Assembly (NCBI GenBank): GCA_040222015.1 | Contig: JAVJWO010000173.1 | Location: 1 to 59,306 of the forward strand | Direction of reading: 5' to 3' | Source of the DNA: Coleofasciculus chthonoplastes F2-STO-03 | GTDB lineage: Bacteria; Cyanobacteriota; Cyanobacteriia; Cyanobacteriales; Coleofasciculaceae | DNA: 59,306 nucleotides | Shown: positions 11,105 to 21,439 of the stretch, one piece after another | Layout of the letters: each line of letters starts with the position of its first letter | Position numbering within the stretch: the first letter of the stretch is position 1 | Program-made: the position numbers and the translations under genes | Notes under the pieces: generated by a model | What the model was told of the DNA's origin: nothing | The model's database searches: none | What the model saw: the letters and a program-made list of their open reading frames with translations, nothing else

Positions 11105-11109
11105 GGAGT

Positions 11110-12720
11110 TTATATTCCTCGCTTTGTCAAATCAAGATCATCGGACACTTGTTCAAATAATTGTCTTATTTTGCAGGGAAAGCGGCGATTTTTATCAGTC
11201 AGGTTGGTAATCGCTTGTGCAAGCGGTAAGCCATATTTAGTCTTGTCTCCACTCAGAATATCAATCATTGCTCTAATATCACCACCTTCGGATTTATAGT
11301 CTCTGATGATTTTTTTTGTTAAGTTCTGACCATGCTTGTCTTTCATATATTCCCTAAGATAGCCTGTTTTTTCATTACAGGTGTCAAGCATAGTTTGAAT
11401 GACATCACCATAGCCTTCATGCACAAGATAAGACTCAAAATTATCTCCAGGAGACAGAAATAAAATATTTGAATGTTGGGAGTAATCTGAAATACCAATT
11501 TTTTGTAAAGCTGATTCAACCCTGTTAATAGCTAAATCTTCTGCATCTGATAAAATGTACCAGGGAATTCCAAAATTGGAGACAAGTCTCAGAAAAGGTA
11601 AATATTTTCCATAACCTCCAACCCCAATTAGGCTGATTCCGAGAGCATTTGGTTGTAGTTCCCAATACTTCTCAGCAAATTCTGGGAGTGCTTGTTCTTC
11701 AGTTTCACCCTCGAAGAGAATGACAGCACGAGCATACAGCAAGTCTCCTCTAGTATTCATCACCATCCGCTCAATCTTGCGTTGATCTTCTTCCATCAGT
11801 GAAGAAGTATCCAGTTGGGTGACGATTGTATCGGCTCCATTTTTTCGGAAATGGCGAAACGTTGAGATCTGCGCTTGGCTGGCAATATAAGGTGAATGAG
11901 TACTGACGATTCGTTGACCTGGAATTTGTTTAATCTGCTCAAAGAGCGCTCGTTGTGCTTGAGGATGGAGATGAGCTTCTGGTTCCTCTAAACCTAACAT
12001 GGGATGTACCGTCCCATCCTGAACATCCCTTTTGCGCCACGTCATGTAGGCTCGGAAGGTCAACAGAACAGCCAAACTCCGTGTTCCCATTCCATGTCGA
12101 GCAAGAGGAAAGGTTTGAGCACCTCGGGTTGCGAAGTTAATGTCTGCCCCTTTACTCAGATTTCGGAGATGACGGGGAATTGGATTAATAAAAACGCTAT
12201 CTTGCTCACAGGAAATAGTTTGATATAGCTCATTTAGATGAGTCTGAACGTGTTGAAGAACTTCGCTAGAGTTGGTTATTTCTTGGTTTAACTCACCCAG
12301 ACGATTTTCAAATTCTTCCACTTTGTCATCGGTCAGACCCAAGTCAGAAACTAGTCGATTCCAAAAGGAGTTTTTATTATACATTTCCTCTTGAATATCT
12401 CGTTTAGCATCGATTAGGTAAAGTGCTAACGGCTCAATGTGACTAAACCACACAGAACCAGCAATGTGGGACTCTTCCCATTTACTCGGATCATGCCAAT
12501 CTTGTAAAAATCTCCGTTCTGTAACGTACTCACGGCGCACCTCATCCCACTTCGTCTGAGTGCGAATTGCGACAAAATCATTGTCTTGCTCATCTTGTGA
12601 AATTCCGTTTCCCCAAAGAGCAAGCCAAAAGCTATCTGCGGGAAAACCATCAATAATATCGCCTTGAGCATCAACTGGGCGAATGAGAATATCAATAGTT
12701 ACTACTCGTTCCTTAGGAAC
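11110..12720 (-). pseudogene. OLD-family ABC-ATPase/TOPRIM nuclease (GajA-like), 5'-truncated
   Basis: G.GTRS signature, Walker B LGLEEPEAHLHP, H-loop STHSP and TOPRIM VILFEGETE are present. The frame stays open upstream of the track start at 12540 (..VVTIDILIRPVDAQG..FVAIRTQTKWDE), but no Walker A or start codon appears before a repeat at ~12750 and an in-frame stop at ~12817. Confidence 0.8.
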
Positions 12721-12749
12721 TTTATACTCTCTTGGAGCTAGATAGATGC

Positions 12750-12795
12750 CTCTGCGTACCTCTGCGCTTTCCTCTGCGTACCTCTGCGTTAAAAA
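12750..12795. repeat. CTCTGCG(T/C) short repeat element; related inverted copy at ~6427-6470
   Basis: ctctgcgtac-ctctgcgctttc-ctctgcgtac-ctctgcgttaaaaa versus taacgctccagggacgcggaggggaagcgcagagtaacgcagagg. Confidence 0.7.
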
Positions 12796-12919
12796 ATAAT
12801 TTTCACACTCAATTATTTAATATAGAAAAACATGATCAATTTCCATTTGAGCATAAAAATCTAATCATTAGTCAAAACATTAATGTAGAGGCGCACAGAC
12901 GTGCGCCCTTACCCCACAC

Positions 12920-13231
12920 TTACCACTTGAGCAAATTAAACTGCTCCATATCAATCGTGTCGCGATTGCGATAAATCGAAAGCACAATTGCCAACCCAAC
13001 CGCCGCTTCAGCCGCCGCTACCGTAATTACAAACACGGTAAAAACCTGACCTTTAATTCCCACAGGGTCAATAAAATTAGAAAACCCCATTAAATTCAAA
13101 TTGACCGCATTTAACAGCAGTTCAATTGACATTAACACGCGCACAGCATTGCGGCTGGTAATCAAGCCATAGATACCAAGGCAAAACAAAGCGGCCGCTA
13201 GCAGTAAAAAATATTGAAGTTGGAGTTCCAT
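12920..13231 (-). CDS. ndhE: NDH-1 subunit 4L (NuoK)
   Basis: [21 protein letters not shown] and [11 protein letters not shown] motifs; operon position. Confidence 0.97.
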   Translation of the reverse strand: MELQLQYFLLLAAALFCLGIYGLITSRNAVRVLMSIELLLNAVNLNLMGFSNFIDPVGIKGQVFTVFVITVAAAEAAVGLAIVLSIYRNRDTIDMEQFNLLKW

Positions 13232-13259
13232 GAATTAACATTTAATGTTTGATGTTTGA

Positions 13260-13566
13260 CAGTTGGGCGGGTTTTGTTGATCACTTATCGGTAACAAAGT
13301 TCATTAAAAGCATAACTCTTTCCTTACCGACAGTTGGGCGGGTTTTGTTGATCACTTATCGGTAACCCAGTTGGGCGGGTTTTGTTGATCACTTATCAGT
13401 CACAAAGTCTATTGAAAGTATAACCCTTTCCTTACCGACACTTGGGCGGGTTTTGTTGATCACTTATCAGTCACAAAGTCTATTGAAAGGCTAAACCCGC
13501 CCCTACACCCGCCCCTACACTCGCCCCTACACCCGCCCCTACACCCGCCCCTATTCCCGCCCATAG
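13260..13566. repeat. Amplified REP-doublet: 4 copies of a ~36-bp GGGCGGGTTTT arm plus 6 tandem ACCCGCCCCTAC 12-mers
   Basis: Arm copies start at 13260, 13331, 13368 and 13439; the 12-mer array spans 13495-13566. Confidence 0.9.
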
Positions 13567-13577
13567 CACAATAGGTT

Positions 13578-14204
13578 TTATCGGGTGCTTTTTTGAGCAT
13601 CTCCGCCTACAGATGCCAACTGACGCTGGCGTTCTGGTAAGGTAGAAAACTCAGTCTCTGATGTATCGCGAGGTATCAAGCTTTCTGGGATAAAATCGCG
13701 ACGTGCCAAAATAATTGCTCCCACCATCGCCATCAATAACAGTACCGAGGCGAGTTCAAATGGCAGTAAAAAGTCACTGAAGAAATGCTTACCAATCTCC
13801 ACCACTGATTCTTCACCGAGAACCGCCGTACCTGAATAGATAGACCAAGGTGTCGCTAATATCATCGTCCCCAGCAAGGCAAATAATCCCAGGCAAACCA
13901 GAGCGGTTACACCTTGACGAATCCAACTATTTGCAATAGGTTTAAAATCTTCTCGCTTGTTCACCAACATAATGGCAAACAAAATTAGTACATTCACTGC
14001 ACCCACATAAACCAAGATTTGCGCGGCGGCGACAAAATCAGCATTAAGCAACAGGTAAAACCCCGCCATACTAATGAAGACACCACCGAGTAAAAATGCT
14101 GAATAAACGATATTACTGAGTAGGACAACGCCTAAGGCTGACCCAATCATCATCACCGACAAAATTGCAAATGAAACAAACTGAACCCCTTGGGCTAGAT
14201 CCAC
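13578..14204 (-). CDS. ndhG: NDH-1 subunit 6 (NuoJ)
   Basis: NIVYSAFLL, AQILVYVGAVNVLILFAIMLVN and LPFELASVLLL motifs. Confidence 0.97.
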   Translation of the reverse strand: MDLAQGVQFVSFAILSVMMIGSALGVVLLSNIVYSAFLLGGVFISMAGFYLLLNADFVAAAQILVYVGAVNVLILFAIMLVNKREDFKPIANSWIRQGVTALVCLGLFALLGTMILATPWSIYSGTAVLGEESVVEIGKHFFSDFLLPFELASVLLLMAMVGAIILARRDFIPESLIPRDTSETEFSTLPERQRQLASVGGDAQKSTR

Positions 14205-14277
14205 TGTACCTTCACTCCTTGCACTCTAGTTAAAATGACAGATTAATCCCACGGAAATAGACTCCGTGGGATCAGCT

Positions 14278-14892
14278 TTAAGCATTCTTCGCTGTTTCTT
14301 CTTCTTTAGTCGGTTCCATTTGCTCGACAATTTCTTCCGGACGCAAACCAGCACGTCGAGAACCTGGCGGTAAATCGTGGGGATCTGTGACTCCTTTGGG
14401 TAGGTAAGCCAATTCCCGTAATGGCGTAACCATCGGGTCTTGCGTCACTTTGTACGGCAGGCGTCCCATCGCCACATTATCATAGTTGAGTTCGTGGCGA
14501 TCGTAGGTAGACATTTCATACTCTTCTGTCGCCGACAGACAGTTGGTGGGACAGTATTCAATGCAGTTCGCGCAGAAAATACAAACCCCGAAGTCAATAC
14601 TATAGTGCTTGAGATTCTTTTTCTTACTGACTCTATCGAATTCGTAGTCTACCACTGGCAGATTAATCGGGCAAACTCGCACACAGACTTCGCAAGAAAT
14701 ACACTTGTCAAATTCAAAGTGAATCCGACCCCGATACCGTTCAGAGGGAATCAGTTTTTCATAAGGATACTGCACGGTAACAGGACGGCGCTGCATGTGG
14801 TCGAAGGTTACGGATAAACCTTGACCAATATAACGGGCAGCTTGAGCTGTTTCTTTGGCGTAATCGCCAACTTGTTTGAGGAACTTGAGCAT
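14278..14892 (-). CDS. ndhI: NDH-1 subunit I (2x 4Fe-4S)
   Basis: [12 protein letters not shown] and [12 protein letters not shown] ferredoxin motifs; TVQYPYEK. Confidence 0.97.
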   Translation of the reverse strand: MLKFLKQVGDYAKETAQAARYIGQGLSVTFDHMQRRPVTVQYPYEKLIPSERYRGRIHFEFDKCISCEVCVRVCPINLPVVDYEFDRVSKKKNLKHYSIDFGVCIFCANCIEYCPTNCLSATEEYEMSTYDRHELNYDNVAMGRLPYKVTQDPMVTPLRELAYLPKGVTDPHDLPPGSRRAGLRPEEIVEQMEPTKEEETAKNA

Positions 14893-14985
14893 AATTTGTT
14901 ATTCGTCATTCGTCATTTGTCATTCGTCATTTGTCATTGGTCATTTGTTTTTAACTATGACCAATGAACAATGACCCATCAACAA

Positions 14986-16104
14986 TCAACCCCCGAATGC
15001 CACGGGAAAGGTGAGTTTCAGAGCGGCTGTTAACAGCAGATTCACTAATCCAATAGGTAAAAGGAACTTCCAGCCCAAATTTAGGAGTTGGTCAATCCGT
15101 ACACGGGGAACTGTCCAGCGCAGCAGAACCGCAATAAAGAGGAGAAAGTAAGCTTTGAGTAAGGTCATGGTAATTCCCAGAGAAGCGGTAATTACCTGTA
15201 ACCAGGAACTGGTTTCACTTACACCTAACCAAGTGGCTAATCGGTCAAGGGGAATCGGGAATTCCCAGCCGCCTAAGTACAGCACCGCCACTAATAGGGC
15301 AGAAAGGATTAGGTTAACGTAAGATCCGATATAAAACAAACCAAATTTCATGCCGGCATATTCGGTTTGATAGCCAGCAACCAATTCCTCCTCGGCTTCG
15401 GGTAGGTCAAAGGGAAGTCGCTCACATTCGGCTAATGCGGCAATCCAAAAAATCAAAAAGCCAACGGGTTGACGCCAAATATTCCAGCCTAAGATGCCAT
15501 ACCCGGATTGCTGTTCCACAATATCGATGGTACTTAGGCTATTGGACATCATCACCACTGCCAATACCGCCAGCGCCAGGGGAATTTCGTAACTAATCGA
15601 CTGGGCAGCTGCTCTTAACCCCCCAAGTAGGGAATACTTGTTATTGGAGGCATAGCCTGACATCAGCAAACCAATGGGCTGAATACTCGACAGGGCAATC
15701 CAGAGAAATATCCCCAGTCCTACGTTAGTAATAATCAGGTTCTGTCCAAAGGGGACAATCAGGTAGGACAAAAAGACAGGGATGACGACGAGTATGGGTC
15801 CGAGGGTAAATAGCCATCGGTCTGCTTTGGCGGGGACGATATCTTCCTTAAACACCAACTTGAGACCATCGGCGACGGCTTGCAGAACACCCAGAGGTCC
15901 AGCATATTCCGGACCAATCCGCTGTTGAGCCGCAGCAGAAATTTTTCGTTCCAGCCAGACTATGACAAGGACACCCACGGTGGCGCCGATAATCATCAGG
16001 AACATCGGCAGGGGCATCCACATCGCCTTGGCAGCACCACTGGGGATGCCAAAATCTTTAAGCGATTCAATAAAACTTCCTTGAAGGTCAATTCCTGCGT
16101 TCAT
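14986..16104 (-). CDS. ndhA: NDH-1 subunit 1 (NuoH)
   Basis: [19 protein letters not shown] and [21 protein letters not shown] motifs. ATG at 16104 is preferred. Confidence 0.97.
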   Translation of the reverse strand: MNAGIDLQGSFIESLKDFGIPSGAAKAMWMPLPMFLMIIGATVGVLVIVWLERKISAAAQQRIGPEYAGPLGVLQAVADGLKLVFKEDIVPAKADRWLFTLGPILVVIPVFLSYLIVPFGQNLIITNVGLGIFLWIALSSIQPIGLLMSGYASNNKYSLLGGLRAAAQSISYEIPLALAVLAVVMMSNSLSTIDIVEQQSGYGILGWNIWRQPVGFLIFWIAALAECERLPFDLPEAEEELVAGYQTEYAGMKFGLFYIGSYVNLILSALLVAVLYLGGWEFPIPLDRLATWLGVSETSSWLQVITASLGITMTLLKAYFLLFIAVLLRWTVPRVRIDQLLNLGWKFLLPIGLVNLLLTAALKLTFPVAFGG

Positions 16105-16402
16105 CTTGGCAGCTACGTGATATTTACTGAGGTAATTTGACACTTACCGTATCAAATTATGCTATCGGTTTGATTTGTGAAGTTTTTTTGACAGTCTCAC
16201 TGCCTAGTATACCGTTCGAGGTTAATCCGTTACATAAGACCTACGCAAATCTAGTCTGATGATTGTTGCTTATGTCCCTGCTCCCAGACGTAGCTAGCTA
16301 GGTTTCTATCGTCTTCCCCTTGCTCAATCAGAGCAAAAAAGGCATCTTGGAAGAATATATAGAAAATATTAAGTTTTCACCGTTTTACTGCAAGAGGTGG
16401 TT

Positions 16403-17239
16403 ATGACCCAAGCCAATCTTCTGGAATTAGCGAAACAGGGTAATGATGCGGCGATTCTATCGGTGATGAATTATGTGCTGCAAGACCGCAATATTACCGC
16501 CCAAGCTGCACTCAAAGGGAATTGCCTGTTGGTACTCCTGAAAGCGGTTCAAGTCCCTGACCAAAAATTATCGGTGACAATTGTCCGCAAACTGATGGCA
16601 CACTTACGAGTCCCATCGATCGCCTCTGTGCAAATGTATGGTAAACAGGTTGGACAACCTGCCCCCTCTTGGATGGAGGTTATCGATTTGCGGGATGAAC
16701 TCGAACCATTGAAACCCAAAAGTAACCTGTTTCAGCTATTGGGTCAATGGTGGACAAAACCTCTGCTGCTCCTAGCGTTGATTCCCTTGGGAGTGCTTAG
16801 TCTGTATGTTTATGTATCACTTCCCTTAGGAAAATCGATTATACCTGTACAAGCCGAGTCAACCGCCTTCGAGGTTCAGGAAATAGAACAGCCTACGATA
16901 GAACCTTTAGATAACTCCTCTGATCACTCTGTTTCCACTTCAGTCGATCAACCTCAATCCGGTATTTCATCCTCACCGATGTTGCCTTCGCCCACGCTAT
17001 CGTCTCAACCTGAACCCTTTCAGAACGCGGTGAATCAAGCCATGCATGCGGCGACACTGACTCAATCGGCGCAAACCCCCGAAGAATGGGACATCGTGGT
17101 GAGTCATTGGCAAGACGCGATCGCACTCATGGATGCTGTACCTCCTTCCCATCCTCAACATAGCCTTGCCCAGCAAAAGGTGATCGAGTATCAGGAAAAT
17201 CTCAACTATGCTCAGAAAAATACAGCGATTAGTCAATAA
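16403..17239 (+). CDS. Cyanobacterial hypothetical single-pass membrane protein with C-terminal helical (TPR-like) domain
   Basis: LELAKQG...AI N-terminal domain, TM segment (LLLLALIPLGVLSLYVYV), S/P linker and W..AIALM..VP......AQQK..EYQ.NL.YA C-terminus. Confidence 0.75.
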   Translation: MTQANLLELAKQGNDAAILSVMNYVLQDRNITAQAALKGNCLLVLLKAVQVPDQKLSVTIVRKLMAHLRVPSIASVQMYGKQVGQPAPSWMEVIDLRDELEPLKPKSNLFQLLGQWWTKPLLLLALIPLGVLSLYVYVSLPLGKSIIPVQAESTAFEVQEIEQPTIEPLDNSSDHSVSTSVDQPQSGISSSPMLPSPTLSSQPEPFQNAVNQAMHAATLTQSAQTPEEWDIVVSHWQDAIALMDAVPPSHPQHSLAQQKVIEYQENLNYAQKNTAISQ

Positions 17240-17392
17240 TAATTTATGGTTAATTTCGGTTTGAACTTTGCATCTCTTTTAGGACTCCTTGATATCATAA
17301 CTCTTCCGTTTAATGTCTCCAAGAAACCATCGCTAACAACTCGCGATCGCTCCTCCTTTCACTTGAGTTTTTGGGAGAAGCGATCACCTGTT

Positions 17393-18550
17393 TTACACTA
17401 AGGGAATTTGCGATGTCCGTTCCTGGATAGGAACATAAGCGACGTTGTGATCGCCAGTATAAATCTGGGTGGGTCGAAAAATCCGGTTTTCTCCGAGCTG
17501 TTCGTTCCAGTGCGCCAGCCAACCGGCTACCCGTGCGATCGCGAATATCGGGGTAAACAAGTCGGTGGGAATACCCAGTTTCCGATAAACCAAACCGGAA
17601 TAGAAATCTACATTCGCGTAAATGCCTTTATATCCCAGTTTTTCCTCAACCGCCTGTTCTAACTCCAAGGCAATTTCGTAGTATTTATCGGAACCAAACT
17701 TATCAAATAGTTGTTCGGCTAAATTCTGAAGAATCGTTGCTCGCGGATCTTTCACCTTATAGACGCGGTGACCAAATCCCATGATTTTTGCCTTGCGCAG
17801 CAAGCAATCCTCTAGATAGGGACGCACATTTTCCACCGAACCAATTTCTTCGAGCATCGAAATCACTTCTTCATTCGCCCCCCCATGCAAAGGACCGGCA
17901 AGGGTACCGACTGCGGATGCGATTACCGCATAGGGGTCAGTTAACGTCGAAGCTGTCACCATGGCTGAGAACGTAGACGCATTGATCGTATGTTCCGCAT
18001 GGAGGGTTAAGCAAACATCAAAGACGTGAGATTCTAGGGGGTCAGGTTCTTGCTCGGTGAGCATATACAGGAAATTAGCCGAATAGTCTAAATTATCGTT
18101 CGGCTTTACCGGGTTATTCCCCTTCCGCATCAGCTTAAATGCTGCCACCATTGTCGGGATTTTCGCCAACAGGCGGACAACGGCTTCCCGGATATAACTA
18201 GGAGCGGGGAGAGCGCGTTTTGAGTAAAAAAGACCCAATGCTGCTGCAGAGGCTTGCAGTGCATCCATCGGATGTCCGGTTTCCGGGAAACATTTCATCA
18301 TGTCCTGAATCCGATATTTAATCCGTCGATGATAACGAATTTCCGTTTCAAACGCTTTTAGCTCCTCCTTGGTTGGTAGCTCACCCCAAATGAGCAGATA
18401 GGCGGTTTCTAGGAACGTGCTTTTTGTAGCGAGTTCTTCAATCCGAATACCGCGATACTCTAATATTCCCTTTTTGCCATCAACATAGCTGATACTGGAT
18501 TGGGCAGCGGGAATGCCTTCTAAACCTGGTTTATACTCGCAGACAGTCAT
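17393..18550 (-). CDS. gltA: Citrate synthase
   Basis: LHAEH..NASTF, GPLHGGANE, GFGHRVYKVKDPRA and NVDFYSG motifs. Confidence 0.97.
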   Translation of the reverse strand: MTVCEYKPGLEGIPAAQSSISYVDGKKGILEYRGIRIEELATKSTFLETAYLLIWGELPTKEELKAFETEIRYHRRIKYRIQDMMKCFPETGHPMDALQASAAALGLFYSKRALPAPSYIREAVVRLLAKIPTMVAAFKLMRKGNNPVKPNDNLDYSANFLYMLTEQEPDPLESHVFDVCLTLHAEHTINASTFSAMVTASTLTDPYAVIASAVGTLAGPLHGGANEEVISMLEEIGSVENVRPYLEDCLLRKAKIMGFGHRVYKVKDPRATILQNLAEQLFDKFGSDKYYEIALELEQAVEEKLGYKGIYANVDFYSGLVYRKLGIPTDLFTPIFAIARVAGWLAHWNEQLGENRIFRPTQIYTGDHNVAYVPIQERTSQIPLV

Positions 18551-18725
18551 AGATTCGTGCTTTTAACCTCTACAATATGGGTTGTTTAGTTGCCCGTTGA
18601 CATCCTCCCCCGGCTAAAGAGCGCGGGAGCCTCCACCATCGCTTGCCCGGTGAAGGGCGCTTCCGTTTCCGGAGTAGAGACATTTGAAGTGTTCTCAGGC
18701 TAACTTACCAGAAACTGGGAGATTA

Positions 18726-18739
18726 GTAGTGTGTGTTAC
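18726..18739. promoter_or_regulatory. Candidate NtcA-type box upstream of gltA
   Basis: GTA-GTGTGTGT-TAC matches GTA-N8-TAC; the motif is short, so a chance match is possible. Confidence 0.35.
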
Positions 18740-18758
18740 AAAAATTCTTAAGGATCGC

Positions 18759-19262
18759 TTAGATTAGCCATTTTGGAGAGGTTAGCAAAAATAGCTCACT
18801 TTGCCCCAGGGGAACTCCTGTTTCTTTCAGGTTTAACCCAATAACGCCCGCTTTCTTGAGGACGAGTTTTTCTTGTGCTTCTCCCCACACCAACAATTCT
18901 GCCCAATTGCCTAAATCCGGTTGATGACCGACTAACGCCAAACAGCCTGTACCGTTTCGGTTTTGACGCCATTTCTGTAGCCAGTTAACCCAGGTATGGA
19001 TATCCCCATCAGGCGCAAGGTTGGGAAATTCGTCGAGTTGCTCACCCAAACCTACGTCTTGCAGAATCGCGGCGGTTTCTCGCGCCCGGACTAAGGGACT
19101 GGTTAATATAGGGTCAAAATGCAAACCGCGATCGCGCAGTTGCTTGGCGACTTTGGTGGTTCTCTTGCGTCCTTTGCTGGTTAGGGGACGATCTTCATCG
19201 TTGGCATAGTCTTCGCGATCGGCAGCGATACCATGACGGATCAGGTAAAGTTTTATTGTCAT
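18759..19262 (-). CDS. sixA: Phosphohistidine phosphatase SixA
   Basis: LYLIRHG.A, D..RPLT..G, SPLVRA.ETA and LVGHQPD motifs. Confidence 0.93.
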   Translation of the reverse strand: MTIKLYLIRHGIAADREDYANDEDRPLTSKGRKRTTKVAKQLRDRGLHFDPILTSPLVRARETAAILQDVGLGEQLDEFPNLAPDGDIHTWVNWLQKWRQNRNGTGCLALVGHQPDLGNWAELLVWGEAQEKLVLKKAGVIGLNLKETGVPLGQSELFLLTSPKWLI

Positions 19263-19294
19263 CCGTTTTTTATTTTTTCCTGAAAATTAAGATT

Positions 19295-20575
19295 TTAATC
19301 GGCGTGAATCACATTATCTTTGGGATTGACTAAGCGCCACAGTTTTTGCTTGATTTGAATATCGAAAACTTCCCATTTAAGCTTGGTGTATTCGGTATTG
19401 TCATTAAAGCCACCTAAGAAGCCAATGGGGATTTCAAAGCCACCAGCGGTCATGCGCCCGCCACCAAAGAATCGTCCCTGATTGTCTTGACCAAAGGCTT
19501 CTTTAATAAATTCGTCGGGATCAAGGGTGATTTTACTGGTTCTCAAGGAACCAATCACGACTTCGACTTCTTCGTCTTCGTTGTGAACAATCCCGTATAC
19601 GACAGCCGTATGGACATTTTCTTCAGTGACCAAAAAGTCAGCGGCTTGGGGAATTGCATCCCGGTCATCGTACCGTAAATAGCCTACCCCCGCCATCGAG
19701 AAATTATTCTGGACAATGCGATTTTTCAGCGATCGCTCAATCACATCCATGACTCGTCGCGATCGCGCGGTTTGCAGGACAGCATTGAGTAACTGTACGT
19801 CATAGAAACGACTCAAATACGCCGCCGCTAGGAAATCTTCTTCCGTCGCCCGCATCAAGCGATCGGTATCAACACGTAGACCGTGCATTAGTGCTGTAGC
19901 ACACTTAACATGGGTGCTAATGCTACTATCCAGCTTGAGTAACCCAGTTTGTAGGTATTGGCTGAGGATCGTAGCCGTTGCCCTTGTCTGAGGGCGTAAA
20001 TCGGTAAATTCTGCCTCCAGATTATCCTGAGGGTTGTGATGGTCAATCAGGACGACAATGGGGACACCCGCTTGTTTGACAAAGGGCATTAATTGGGTTG
20101 TGGTTCCCTGATTATCCACCAGAACACAACCTTGATACACGGAGAAATCCCGATCCTTCAATGTCTGAATTCCCCAGCGCTTAGCGGGTAAGTTGGTCAA
20201 CTTGACCAAGGCAATGTTTTCCTGATGAGACAAAGTTCCGGCATATACAATGTCACATTGAATATTGTATTGTTGGGCAATTAACTGGTAAGCCCAAGCA
20301 CTCGATAGAGCATCAGGATCAGGGAAATCTTGAATGACAATAAGCTGGCGTTCTGAACTGTGACGATCTAAAACCTGTTGCAGTTCTCCTATTTTGGCTT
20401 GGGATGCATCAAAACGCTGCCGAGGTTCACGGGTATTGTTACTGCTGTTCTTGGGATTTTTTGGGGACGTTTTCTGTTGGTGTGAAGCCGCCGCACTCCC
20501 ATCCGAAGGTGATGCTTTAGGGGGTAGAGCGTTATTATTAACAGATTTAAGTGAGTTGGATTCCATCGTGGGCAA
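19295..20575 (-). CDS. DHH family phosphoesterase (NrnA-like)
   Basis: QDFPDPDA, VLVD, IDHH and GGGR..AGG motifs. Confidence 0.88.
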   Translation of the reverse strand: MPTMESNSLKSVNNNALPPKASPSDGSAAASHQQKTSPKNPKNSSNNTREPRQRFDASQAKIGELQQVLDRHSSERQLIVIQDFPDPDALSSAWAYQLIAQQYNIQCDIVYAGTLSHQENIALVKLTNLPAKRWGIQTLKDRDFSVYQGCVLVDNQGTTTQLMPFVKQAGVPIVVLIDHHNPQDNLEAEFTDLRPQTRATATILSQYLQTGLLKLDSSISTHVKCATALMHGLRVDTDRLMRATEEDFLAAAYLSRFYDVQLLNAVLQTARSRRVMDVIERSLKNRIVQNNFSMAGVGYLRYDDRDAIPQAADFLVTEENVHTAVVYGIVHNEDEEVEVVIGSLRTSKITLDPDEFIKEAFGQDNQGRFFGGGRMTAGGFEIPIGFLGGFNDNTEYTKLKWEVFDIQIKQKLWRLVNPKDNVIHAD

Positions 20576-20699
20576 GGTATTCAGCCGTCATAGTTTTACA
20601 CCAATTGCCCCTGGGATAGTGGCTGGTGATTGCATGGGTATTGAAACCCACTCTTATACCTTATAACCCAATATCTGAAAATCAATTTTTTCAGGGTTA

Positions 20700-21197
20700 T
20701 TAAACACCAATCACATACTTTCGCCATTCCTGATGGACTCCACCTTTGACCTGTTTAGCCACCTCAAAGTGCAAACTGCTATAGGGTCTGCGGGGTTGAT
20801 GTCGCAATATCATGTTAGCTTCCTTGGGCGTTCGGTTGCCTTTTTTGACATTACACCGTACACAGGCGGTGACAATGTTTTCCCAAGAATCTCCCCCGTG
20901 TCGAGAACGCGGAAGCACATGATCGAGGGTTAAATCATCTCCCGTGTATCCGCAGTATTGACAAGAATGACTATCACGATAGAGGATATTGCGGCGGGTT
21001 AAGGGAATTTCTTTGTAAGGAACCCGAACATAATGGCGCAAGCGAATAACTGTGGGAAGCGGTAACTCTGGATAGACATATTTACCATTGTGTTCAATCT
21101 GTTCCGCTTTGCCTTTGAGCATCAAAACAACCGCTCGTCGCCAATTGGTGACATTGAGCGGTTCGTAGGAGGCGTTTAACACCAGAACCTTGCTCAT
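20700..21197 (-). CDS. HNH endonuclease (McrA-like, conserved cyanobacterial type)
   Basis: VLVLNASYEPL, RD...CQYCG, LTLDHVLPRS..G.DSWEN.VTAC..CN..K motifs. Confidence 0.92.
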   Translation of the reverse strand: MSKVLVLNASYEPLNVTNWRRAVVLMLKGKAEQIEHNGKYVYPELPLPTVIRLRHYVRVPYKEIPLTRRNILYRDSHSCQYCGYTGDDLTLDHVLPRSRHGGDSWENIVTACVRCNVKKGNRTPKEANMILRHQPRRPYSSLHFEVAKQVKGGVHQEWRKYVIGV

Positions 21198-21439
21198 TAG
21201 GAGATCGAAATAAAGTGAATATTATTCCACATATTAGCACAGGTTGATGGGGCTGGGTCATATTTTCATGATCACTTATCAAAGCGAAACATCAGTGCGA
21301 TCGCGGATTTGTCATTCTCCAACGCCAAAAATTTTCCGCCTAGCTGACGGGTTCAGTCTAAGATTTAAGGTAGATGTATCCTATATCTAGTGTTTTCAGT
21401 TTTGATTTGAATCATTTCAACACTAAATACATAATCGGT

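Noticed and set aside
13260..13490. Possible CRISPR array (36-bp repeats with ~35-bp intervals)
   Set aside because: The intervals are near-copies of each other, one is absent, the repeat is a REP arm found elsewhere in the window, and there are no cas genes.
20700..21197. HNH nuclease as a CIS effector or defence gene
   Set aside because: It matches a widespread cyanobacterial HNH type in a housekeeping context (DHH-sixA-gltA).
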